NCBI GenBank assembly: GCA_964342635.1
Contig: CAYFFY010000001.1
Span: 7,687-51,305, forward strand
Source: an uncultured Desulfurococcales archaeon
Lineage (GTDB): Archaea; Thermoproteota; Thermoprotei_A; Sulfolobales; Acidilobaceae
DNA: 43,619 nucleotides
Direction of reading: 5' to 3'
In this document: positions 36,323 to 43,619 of the stretch, in pieces
Layout of the letters: each line of letters starts with the position of its first letter
Numbering within the stretch: position 1 is the stretch's first letter
Position numbers and translations under genes: made by a program
Notes under the pieces: model-generated
What the model saw: the letters and a program-made list of their open reading frames with translations, nothing else
The model's database searches: none
Told to the model about the DNA's origin: nothing

Positions 36323-37516
36323 TTGCCAAAGCTTACGAGAAACGTGTACATAGTTGACGGGGTCAGGGTTCCGGTAGGGAGGTTCGGAGGGGCCTACAAG
36401 GACGTGCCCGCCACTGACCTCGCCACGTTCACGCTGAGCGAGCTCCTGTCGAGGAACGGCCTGAGGCCAGGCGAGCTTGACCTAGTGATCTACGGTCACG
36501 TGATAAGGGCCGGGACGGGCATGGACACTGCCCGCCAGGTCGCCATCAAGTCCGGCGTCCCCGAGAGCGTGGACTCCATGACGGTTGACATGGTGTGCGC
36601 CAGCGGGATGGCCGCCATAATCACGGCCGCCAACTACATCGCGGCTGGGAGCTATAGGCTTGTCGTGGCCGGGGGGATGGAGTCCATGAGCAACGCCCCC
36701 TTCCTAATATCGCCGGGTGCCAGGTGGGGGGTAAAGCACCTGATAGGCAGGGAGTGGAAGATCCTCGACTCGATGGTCTATGACGGGCTCTGGGACGTCA
36801 TGTTTAACAAGGTAATGGGGGAGGAGGCGGACATGACAGCGAGGGAGTACAGGGCCCCGAGGGACGCGCTGGACTTCGTATCCTTTGAGAGCCACATGAG
36901 GGCCGCCAAGGCCTGGGACTCAGGCGCGATGAAGGACTTCGTGGTCCCCTACGTCAGGAACGGTAAGGAGGCGCTAACCCAGGATGAGGGCATAAGGAGG
37001 GACACCAGCATCGAGAAGCTAAAGGCCCTGCCCCACGCCTTCACCCCTGATGGGCCCCACACCGCCGGCTCGAGCTCCCAGCTGAGCGACGGGGCCGCCT
37101 CGCTCCTCATCGCCAGCGAGGAGGCGGTCAGATCACTGGGGCTGAAGCCCCTGGCCAGGATCGTTGGGTTCGCCTACCACGGGGTCGAGACCTGGAGGTT
37201 CCCCGCGGCGCCTGTTGGGGCTGTTAAGAAGCTCCTAGACGACGTAGGCTGGCCCAAGGACTCTGTCGACTTCTGGGAGAACAACGAGGCCTTCGCGGTC
37301 AACAGCTACATAATGCACACGGAGCTGGGGATACCCTACGACAGGCTTAACGTGCACGGGGGCGCGATCGCTGTTGGGCACCCGCTCGGCATGAGCGGGG
37401 CCAGGATCACGCTCGAGCTGATAAACGTCCTGAGGAGGCACGGGGGCAGGAGAGGGGTCGCGTCAATATGCCACGGGCTTGGAGGGGCGGCCGCCATGGC
37501 CCTGGAGCTAGTTTAA
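36323..37516 (+). CDS. Acetyl-CoA acetyltransferase (thiolase)
   Basis: VCASG, GGMESMS, NEAFA, GGAIAVGHPLGMSGARI, ICHGLG. Confidence 0.95.
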   Translation: MPKLTRNVYIVDGVRVPVGRFGGAYKDVPATDLATFTLSELLSRNGLRPGELDLVIYGHVIRAGTGMDTARQVAIKSGVPESVDSMTVDMVCASGMAAIITAANYIAAGSYRLVVAGGMESMSNAPFLISPGARWGVKHLIGREWKILDSMVYDGLWDVMFNKVMGEEADMTAREYRAPRDALDFVSFESHMRAAKAWDSGAMKDFVVPYVRNGKEALTQDEGIRRDTSIEKLKALPHAFTPDGPHTAGSSSQLSDGAASLLIASEEAVRSLGLKPLARIVGFAYHGVETWRFPAAPVGAVKKLLDDVGWPKDSVDFWENNEAFAVNSYIMHTELGIPYDRLNVHGGAIAVGHPLGMSGARITLELINVLRRHGGRRGVASICHGLGGAAAMALELV

Positions 37517-38559
37517 GCCATGACGCTGCCCCAGCGTTGGTTTAGGACGGCCCTTACCGTCTCAGCGTTCACCCTGAAGGCCTGAAGCTCCTCAAGCCTA
37601 GCCGCCCTCCTGGCCTCGGCCTCCCTTAGCATTTCCTTCTGCCACTCCTCAGTCACCTCAACCTGAGGGACTGGCTCGCTTCTCCCAGTTGGCCCTATGT
37701 GAACGAGCGTGAAGTAGCTCGTGGTAGTGTGCCTCTCCTCACTGGTCACCTCGTCTCTCTTCACAACCTTGGCCGTCACCTCAAGGCTTGACTTGCCAAC
37801 ATACGTCAGCGCGCTGTACGTTATCAGCGTCTCCCCCAGCAGGACCGGGACGTAGAAGTCCGTGCTGTCAACCGAGGCTGTCACTACCGCCCCTCGGGCG
37901 TACCTGGTGGCGACTATGGCTGTGGCCTCGTCGAGGAGCCTCATCAGCCTTCCCGCGAAGAGGGCGTTGATCTGCATTACATCCTCAGGCATTACAACCT
38001 TTTGGGTGACTATCATGTACCCAGGTATCAGCGGCCTGAGGGGGGCAGTGTCGTAAACCTTCTGCTTGCGGTCCTTTATCCTGGCCTCCCGCGCCTTCCT
38101 CCTCTTTACGGCGTCTTCGTACAGGGCCACCTCCTCGGGGGCCCTCGGGCTTATGCACACGCCCACGGGCGTGGGCTTCAGGTCCCTCCCCACGGCGACG
38201 TACGTCATGTGGGATAAAGTCGTCAGCCTCCTCTCATTCATGACAGGGTTCTCGGCCTCGACAAGCAGGCTGACCTCCATGCTCGTCCTCCCCACGTAGT
38301 CGATCCATGACGTGATTACGGCGTTCTCGCCGACCAGGACCGGTGACACGAAGAAGAGGCTCTCGAGGCTTGCCAGCAGGGTGGGCCTCCTGGCCAGTCG
38401 GGTCGCTGCCATGCTTGACGCCTGGACCATCCAGTCCTCCATTATGCCACCGAACAGCATCCCAAGCGGATTCGCGTGCATCGGGAGGACCTGGAATATC
38501 GTTGTTGACAGGGTCTGAAACGGCGAGAGCTCCTTCTCGCACCTTACGTCATCAGGCAA
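37513..38559 (-). CDS. Acyl-CoA thioesterase with tandem hotdog domains
   Basis: Two repeats: ANPLGMLFGG...VGRTSMEV and INALFAG...DE...VGKSSLEV. Confidence 0.9.
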   Translation of the reverse strand: MPDDVRCEKELSPFQTLSTTIFQVLPMHANPLGMLFGGIMEDWMVQASSMAATRLARRPTLLASLESLFFVSPVLVGENAVITSWIDYVGRTSMEVSLLVEAENPVMNERRLTTLSHMTYVAVGRDLKPTPVGVCISPRAPEEVALYEDAVKRRKAREARIKDRKQKVYDTAPLRPLIPGYMIVTQKVVMPEDVMQINALFAGRLMRLLDEATAIVATRYARGAVVTASVDSTDFYVPVLLGETLITYSALTYVGKSSLEVTAKVVKRDEVTSEERHTTTSYFTLVHIGPTGRSEPVPQVEVTEEWQKEMLREAEARRAARLEELQAFRVNAETVRAVLNQRWGSVMA

Positions 38560-38604
38560 CCGACAGCCCTATTGGTAAGTCGAGGGCTAGAATAAGTCGT
38601 TAAC

Positions 38605-39033
38605 TCACTCGCACACGGCCTCGACCAGGACCTTCCTGACGGCTATACCCCTCTCCTTTAGCCTGGCCGTGAGCTCCTCCAGGAGGCCCCCGTCTAAGTC
38701 AAATATCTTCCCTGTGTTCCTGCAATATATGTTTACGTGCGGCATGGGCTGGTCTATCCTCAGCTTGTCCTCCACGGTGAACGTCTCTATGACCCCCATG
38801 GACTCTAGCATCTTGATCGTGTTGTATACGGTCGATATGCCGACCCTCGGCAGCTGGCTCTGCGCATCGTCAAAGAGCTCCTTGAGGGACGCGTGGTCCT
38901 TGACCCTGGTAAGTATCAGCTTTGTGAGCAGAACCCTCTGGGGGGTGACCCTCTTCTCCTCCTCGCTCATCTTCTCAAGTATCTCCTGCAGCTTCTCCCT
39001 GAGCAGGACGTCCTCTTCCTTTTCTGTGCTCAT
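38605..39033 (-). CDS. Fur-family transcriptional regulator
   Basis: RVTPQR, H.S..EL, GISTVYNTIK, H.NIYC..TGKIFD. Confidence 0.85.
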   Translation of the reverse strand: MSTEKEEDVLLREKLQEILEKMSEEEKRVTPQRVLLTKLILTRVKDHASLKELFDDAQSQLPRVGISTVYNTIKMLESMGVIETFTVEDKLRIDQPMPHVNIYCRNTGKIFDLDGGLLEELTARLKERGIAVRKVLVEAVCE

Positions 39034-39065
39034 TTTCAATCACTACGCCTTTTCGGTAAGCCAAG

Positions 39066-39088
39066 GTTTATAAGTGATCATACTTATA
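39066..39088 (-). promoter_or_regulatory. Fur-gene TATA box overlapped by a 7-6-7 palindrome (candidate operator)
   Basis: TATAAGT-GATCAT-ACTTATA at 39069-39088; minus-strand CTTATAAAC about 33 bp upstream of the ATG at 39033. Confidence 0.65.
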
Positions 39089-39102
39089 TGGCCTGGACAG
39101 GG

Positions 39103-40338
39103 CTACTTGGTGAACTCTGTCAGCTTCCTCTGCCTTCTGACCACACCGAGCATTAGGCTGTCCCCGAGCACAATGTCCGGTTCTGCCCTGAGCCAGCCCC
39201 TTATCAAACCTGCCAGCGCCCCAACGTCATTGACTATTTGTGGCCTCTTCATCATGGCGGCCCTCACGCTCTCCCTTATGTGCCAGTTGCCGACGGGCGC
39301 ATAGTAGCTGGGGAGAACCTCCCTTACTATCAGCACGTCCGCCCTCCTCCTCGACGAGGCCATGAACTCGAGCACGGCCAGCCTCGCGGCGGAGAAGCCC
39401 CCGTCCACGGCAGAGGCCCTACCCATAGGGTCCTCCCTCACGACCCAGGCCACGGGCCTTGAGGAGGCCGAGGCCCAGAAGCTCATGGGATGCCAGACCT
39501 CTATCCACTCAAAGGACCCCTCCCCGGGCGTCAGGGCCACGAGGAACCTGTTGCCGAGGTACTCGTGCGTGTAGACCTCTATCGTGTCGACCTCCCTGGC
39601 GTCCCTCACCTGCGACCTCAGCCACCTTGATATGGTGTCGTCAACGGCCGTTATGGCCCAGCGCGTGGGCACCACCCTACGGCCCCTCTGCCTCCCCAGG
39701 AAGCCGAGGCTCAGAAGGTCCTGGATCTTGTATACGTCGACGCCCTGCCTGTAGAGCTCCCACATAACCTCCTGGGCCAGGGCGTCGTCCCATATGGCCC
39801 TTTCAATGGCCCTCGGGAGCTTGGGCGACCCCCCTATTATGACCCTCTCAGCGGGGGCCCTTGGACCCACGGGCTTCGTTATCCCGTCAAACCTAAGCCT
39901 GGGCATAGGAGGGGTCCTCAGGACTAACTCAGAGTCGACCGGCCTCTCCGATACGACCGCGAGCCCAAGCTCTGTCTCGTAAAGCCTCCACGGCTCGTGC
40001 ACGTCGAGCCTCTGGAACGCCGAGATCATGCTCCCCCTCAGGGCGACTATCCTTGACAGCGGCTCTGTCCTCCTGGCCCACTCCGTAGGGGCGTCATAAT
40101 AGGCGGCCTCCTCCCCTCTCCTGCCCGGCGGCACCATGAAGTAGAGGTTCACCTTAGGGTAGCCAGCCTCCCCCACGAGCGCGCTCGGCGGGGTCGCCCC
40201 CTCTACCTCCCTCCCTGAGACGAGCTGAAGGGCCCCGACCTGCGCCCTGAACTTCTCAAGGATTGGACAGTAGGGCAGGCCGCAGAGTAGCTTGTACCCC
40301 TTGCACCTAGCGCACAGCTCTGGCGGGATTGTCGGCAA
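39103..40338 (-). CDS. nreA: Nre-family DNA repair protein with C-terminal PIP box
   Basis: N-terminal C..CKG...LCG...CP, VGE.GYPKV, RRVVPTRWAITAVD, YYAPVGNW.IRE, C-terminal QRKLTEF. Confidence 0.9.
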   Translation of the reverse strand: MPTIPPELCARCKGYKLLCGLPYCPILEKFRAQVGALQLVSGREVEGATPPSALVGEAGYPKVNLYFMVPPGRRGEEAAYYDAPTEWARRTEPLSRIVALRGSMISAFQRLDVHEPWRLYETELGLAVVSERPVDSELVLRTPPMPRLRFDGITKPVGPRAPAERVIIGGSPKLPRAIERAIWDDALAQEVMWELYRQGVDVYKIQDLLSLGFLGRQRGRRVVPTRWAITAVDDTISRWLRSQVRDAREVDTIEVYTHEYLGNRFLVALTPGEGSFEWIEVWHPMSFWASASSRPVAWVVREDPMGRASAVDGGFSAARLAVLEFMASSRRRADVLIVREVLPSYYAPVGNWHIRESVRAAMMKRPQIVNDVGALAGLIRGWLRAEPDIVLGDSLMLGVVRRQRKLTEFTK

Positions 40339-40344
40339 GGCGCC

Positions 40345-42369
40345 TCAGGAGTATAGTAGCGCGTTGTGCAGTTTTGAGGCTCTCGGGTATACCTTCACGG
40401 TCTCGAGGTTCTCGGGCACCAGGACCTCGGGTGCCGACTCAAAGCCCAGCTTGTCCCACCTGCCCTTTATCGTGGTTGCCAGCACCGCCAGCTGCGAGAC
40501 CTCACCGTGGTTAAGGATGATCGTCCTGGGCTTGGGCGTTAGCCGCCTGAGGAAAGCGAGCAGCTCGCTCCTGTTGGCGTGACCGGAGAAGCCCTCGACC
40601 CTCTCGACCTCAAGGTTGACCTTAAAGGGCCTGAGCCTGCCCTCGTCCTCTAGCTGAACCTCCTTCTCACCTTCCACTATCCTCCTGCCAAGAGTCCCTG
40701 ATGCCTGGTAGCTCACGAACACTATTGCGTTCTTAGGGTTCTCTGCCAGCCTCTTGAAGTACTCGATTATGGGCCCGCCAACCATCATGCCGCTCGTTGA
40801 GATTATTATGGCCGGGCCCTGGGAGAATATGGCCTCGTCCCTCTTGGATGAGTCGTTGACGAACATCATCTGGGGGCTGATGAAGGGGTTCTCCCCCTGG
40901 TTCATTATCTGGTCCCTGATGTCCCTCGATAGCAGCTCCGGGTAGGCTGTGTAGATGGCCGTCACCTCGTATATAAGCCCGTCGATGTAGATCGGCATCT
41001 CCGGTATCTTCTTCTCGGCCATGGCCTTGCTTAGAAGGACCATCATGTCCTGGGCCCTCCCGACCGCCATGACCGGTATCAACACCTTGCCCCCTCTCTG
41101 GTAGACCTTGTTTACTACCTGGAACAGCTGCTGCTCCGCCTCCTCCCTCGTCGGCGTGTCCGTGCCGCCGTACGTGCTCTCCATTATCAGCGTCTCAACC
41201 CTGTGGTACTCGGTCTTGGCCGGAGGCTGCAGCCTCAGGGTCGGCCCCTCCTTGAAGCCGTAGTACTTGATGTCGCCCGTGTAGAGTATGTTGAAGAGCC
41301 CCTGCCCTATGTGTATGTGGACGAGCGCTGAGCCCAGTATGTGGCCGGCGTCGCTGAAGGTGAGCTTCGCGTCAGGGGACAGGTCGGTGACCACATCATA
41401 GTTCACGGTTATAGTGTGGTTCAACATAGTGGTCAGGTCCTTCAGGGTGAAGGGAGGCTCCTTGCCCTCCTTGGCGTAAAGGTCTATGAAGTCCTTGAGG
41501 AGCAGGGTGGCGATGTCCCTAGTAGGTGGCGTCATGTAGATCGGGCCCCTGTAGCCGTACTTGTACAGCAGGGGGGCAAGCCCAACGTGGTCCATGTGGG
41601 CGTGGGATATCACCACGGCGTCCAGCTCGTCGAGCCTGAGCTCCGACGCGTCAAACTTAGGGTAGGACTCAGGCCCGTAGCCGCTCTGGGCGAACCCGAC
41701 GTCGAGGAGTATCCTGCTCTCGGCGGTGTCGATCAGTATGCATGACCTGCCGACCTCGCCGAAGCCTCCCAGGCCGGTTATCCTGACGTGCTTAGGTCCC
41801 ACTATCATGTCCCTGTATATCCTCTCGCCGATGTCCCTTAGCGCCTTCCTTCTCTCTGAAGAGGACATCAGGTAAAGCTCGTTGAGCGCATTGAGCGTCT
41901 TGCTGATGAGCGGCGGCTTCCTCTGAACCTCGAGCCTCCAGCCCGTCTGCGCTAGCACCTGGCTCCTGAAGACCTTACCCTTCCCTATCAGCTTCCCCGG
42001 CTTGTCCGTGAGGACCCTGACCTCTCCTAGGACCTCGTCGAACTGTATGTCGCTGGGGGTTATGGATACGTCCTCAGGCGCGTTCTCAAGGATGTACTTT
42101 ATCGTGAACTCCTTGGTCGCGCGGGCCTTGGGGTCACTTCGCACCACGATCCTCTTCCTGAGCTGCTTTGCCAGCTCCTTTACCTTCTCCTCACCCTCAA
42201 GTATCCACTTCGGGTTCTTGACGTAGATCGCTATCTCCGGGCCCTCGAACTCTATCTTCGTTATCTCAGCGTCAGCCAGGTTTTTGTATATCTCTGTGAC
42301 TATGAGTCTGCGTAGCTCAACGCCTGAAACCAGCTTCCTCTCCTCGCCTGTTGCGGGCTGACTCTCCAA
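40345..42369 (-). CDS. fttA: aCPSF1/FttA beta-CASP ribonuclease (transcription termination factor)
   Basis: N-terminal KH region (FEGPEIAIY), GGFGEVGRS, SHAHMDH, AGHILGS, ESTYG, GFSGH, NHGE. Confidence 0.96.
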   Translation of the reverse strand: MESQPATGEERKLVSGVELRRLIVTEIYKNLADAEITKIEFEGPEIAIYVKNPKWILEGEEKVKELAKQLRKRIVVRSDPKARATKEFTIKYILENAPEDVSITPSDIQFDEVLGEVRVLTDKPGKLIGKGKVFRSQVLAQTGWRLEVQRKPPLISKTLNALNELYLMSSSERRKALRDIGERIYRDMIVGPKHVRITGLGGFGEVGRSCILIDTAESRILLDVGFAQSGYGPESYPKFDASELRLDELDAVVISHAHMDHVGLAPLLYKYGYRGPIYMTPPTRDIATLLLKDFIDLYAKEGKEPPFTLKDLTTMLNHTITVNYDVVTDLSPDAKLTFSDAGHILGSALVHIHIGQGLFNILYTGDIKYYGFKEGPTLRLQPPAKTEYHRVETLIMESTYGGTDTPTREEAEQQLFQVVNKVYQRGGKVLIPVMAVGRAQDMMVLLSKAMAEKKIPEMPIYIDGLIYEVTAIYTAYPELLSRDIRDQIMNQGENPFISPQMMFVNDSSKRDEAIFSQGPAIIISTSGMMVGGPIIEYFKRLAENPKNAIVFVSYQASGTLGRRIVEGEKEVQLEDEGRLRPFKVNLEVERVEGFSGHANRSELLAFLRRLTPKPRTIILNHGEVSQLAVLATTIKGRWDKLGFESAPEVLVPENLETVKVYPRASKLHNALLYS

Positions 42370-42423
42370 AGCTACCCACCTTGTGTGGACGCTACAGGAA
42401 GTTCCTGTGCTCCCTTCACTCGG

Positions 42424-43050
42424 CTATCCTGTTCTGAACGGTATAAATCTTTCTTGATACGTATCGCGTCCTATTACGGTAACGTCAATCCCGTCGCCAG
42501 TAGCAGCGTCCCTGAGTATCGCCGACCTTACGGCGTCTGACGCGAGCTTAACGGCGCTCTCGAGGTCGAGGTCCTCGGAGTAGTCCCTCTCAAGGACCCC
42601 AAGCGCCACAGGGGACCCTGACCCGGTCGCCGTCACCTTCTCCTCAGTCACTCCGCCGTAGGGGTCTATTGCGTACAGCCTAGGCGCAGTATCATACCCA
42701 CCTATTAGCAGCTGAACGATATAAGGGAAGTACTTGCTCGAGGAGAGTACGTTAGCGAGAAGGGTCGCCATACCGTAGATGCTAAGCCTCCTCCCGCCGC
42801 TTATCTCATAGTACCTGGCCTCCTCCCTTATCATGTCGGCCAGCGCCTGGGCGTCAGCCACGAGGCCAGATATCGTCATCGCGGAGTAATCGGTGACCTT
42901 GACTATCTTCTTTACGGACCTGCTGGCTATAGTGTAGCCGGCCGTGGCCCTCTTGTCAGCGGCTAGGACCACGTAGTCCTTTATCACAAGCCCAACGGTG
43001 GTAGTGCCGTGGCGTGCCCTGAGGCCCCAGCTGTCGACGCTTATGCTCAA
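42424..43050 (-). CDS. psmB: Proteasome beta subunit
   Basis: Propeptide HG|TTTVG, LAADKRATAG, SGLVADAQ, TGSGS, RDAATGDG. Confidence 0.96.
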   Translation of the reverse strand: MSISVDSWGLRARHGTTTVGLVIKDYVVLAADKRATAGYTIASRSVKKIVKVTDYSAMTISGLVADAQALADMIREEARYYEISGGRRLSIYGMATLLANVLSSSKYFPYIVQLLIGGYDTAPRLYAIDPYGGVTEEKVTATGSGSPVALGVLERDYSEDLDLESAVKLASDAVRSAILRDAATGDGIDVTVIGRDTYQERFIPFRTG

Positions 43051-43108
43051 TGCTGTAACCCCCCTTGCTGAATACGGTAGCCCTATTAAATGTGAATGCT
43101 GTGCGCTT

Positions 43109-43618
43109 CTACTCTATGACGCCGGTCTTAAGGGCCAGTTCCTCAGCCGCCTCCCTCGTAAGTCCCCTCTCGCCCAGGATCGTGTACCTTTCGGGCCTTA
43201 TCGAGGCAGCCTTCAACAGTGCCTCTATCACCTCCTCGTCGCTGACCCCGAGCTCCTTGGCTGTCGTGGGCGCCCCTGTCTCCTTGAGCAGCCGCCTGAA
43301 CCTTCTCCAGTCTAGCCCGTGAAGGTACGACATCATTATGGTCCCGACGCCAACGGCCTCCCCGTGAAGTGGCGGGTTCCTGCTCACGAGGTCTAGAGCG
43401 TGGGCGAAGAGGTGCTCGGAGCCGCTTGCGGGCCTGCTGCTCCCAGCTATGCACATAGCGACGCCGCTGCTCACGAGCGCCTCTACGAGGGCCCTAACGC
43501 CTTCCCTCTCCTCAAGCCCTATCTGCCTCGCGTACGCGCTTACGTGCTTGGCGCTCATGAGCGCTAGGCTCGCCGCGTAGGCCCCGTAGTACTCCCCCCT
43601 CAGCTTGTGGGCGAGCCT
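43109..43618 (-). CDS. egsA: sn-glycerol-1-phosphate dehydrogenase (5' part outside the window)
   Basis: [36 protein letters not shown]; frame open to the window edge. Confidence 0.93.
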   Translation of the reverse strand, partial: RLAHKLRGEYYGAYAASLALMSAKHVSAYARQIGLEEREGVRALVEALVSSGVAMCIAGSSRPASGSEHLFAHALDLVSRNPPLHGEAVGVGTIMMSYLHGLDWRRFRRLLKETGAPTTAKELGVSDEEVIEALLKAASIRPERYTILGERGLTREAAEELALKTGVIE

Positions 43619-43619
43619 C

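Noticed and set aside
1415-43454. Numerous 60-165 aa antisense or alternate-frame ORFs (e.g. 13055-13549, 18597-19031, 27533-27982, 28584-29021, 34763-35203)
   Set aside because: They lie mostly or wholly within well-supported genes and have the Ser/Pro/Arg-rich composition typical of shadow ORFs in GC-rich DNA
1-43619. tRNA/rRNA genes, IS elements, integrases, inteins
   Set aside because: None seen; intergenics are short and protein lengths look normal for their families

Overview
Gene-dense, GC-rich (roughly 60% by eye) chromosomal segment from a thermophilic crenarchaeon. Acidilobales/Desulfurococcales-like affinity is inferred from archaeal-type aaRS, aCPSF1, proteasome beta, Nre, EgsA, type-2 IPP isomerase, short TATA-containing intergenics and frequent TTG starts. 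Content is mostly housekeeping: gcvPA/B, an aminoacyl-tRNA synthetase-rich region (ileS, argS, pheS/T, gltX), fni-gds-gltX, split MetE, thiolase/thioesterase and egsA-psmB-aCPSF1-nreA-fur. There are also alpha-glucan genes (surface GH15, GH57/DUF3536, maltokinase-like kinase). I found no tRNA, rRNA, CRISPR array, cas1 or transposase. Main observations: (i) a solo Cas4 whose first Fe-S cysteine lies upstream of the called ATG with no canonical start codon, directly after ileS; (ii) a small ORF before ileS that resembles Cas2/VapD; (iii) together with TtuA, a radical SAM-TRAM protein and DUF2797, these may form an RNA/tRNA-handling module within the aaRS cluster (hypothesis only); (iv) a truncated, frameshifted HerA/VirB4-like ATPase remnant only partly captured by the ORF track; (v) a 7-6-7 palindrome over the promoter of an atypical Fur-family gene. 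All family assignments come from motif recognition by eye; no searches were run.
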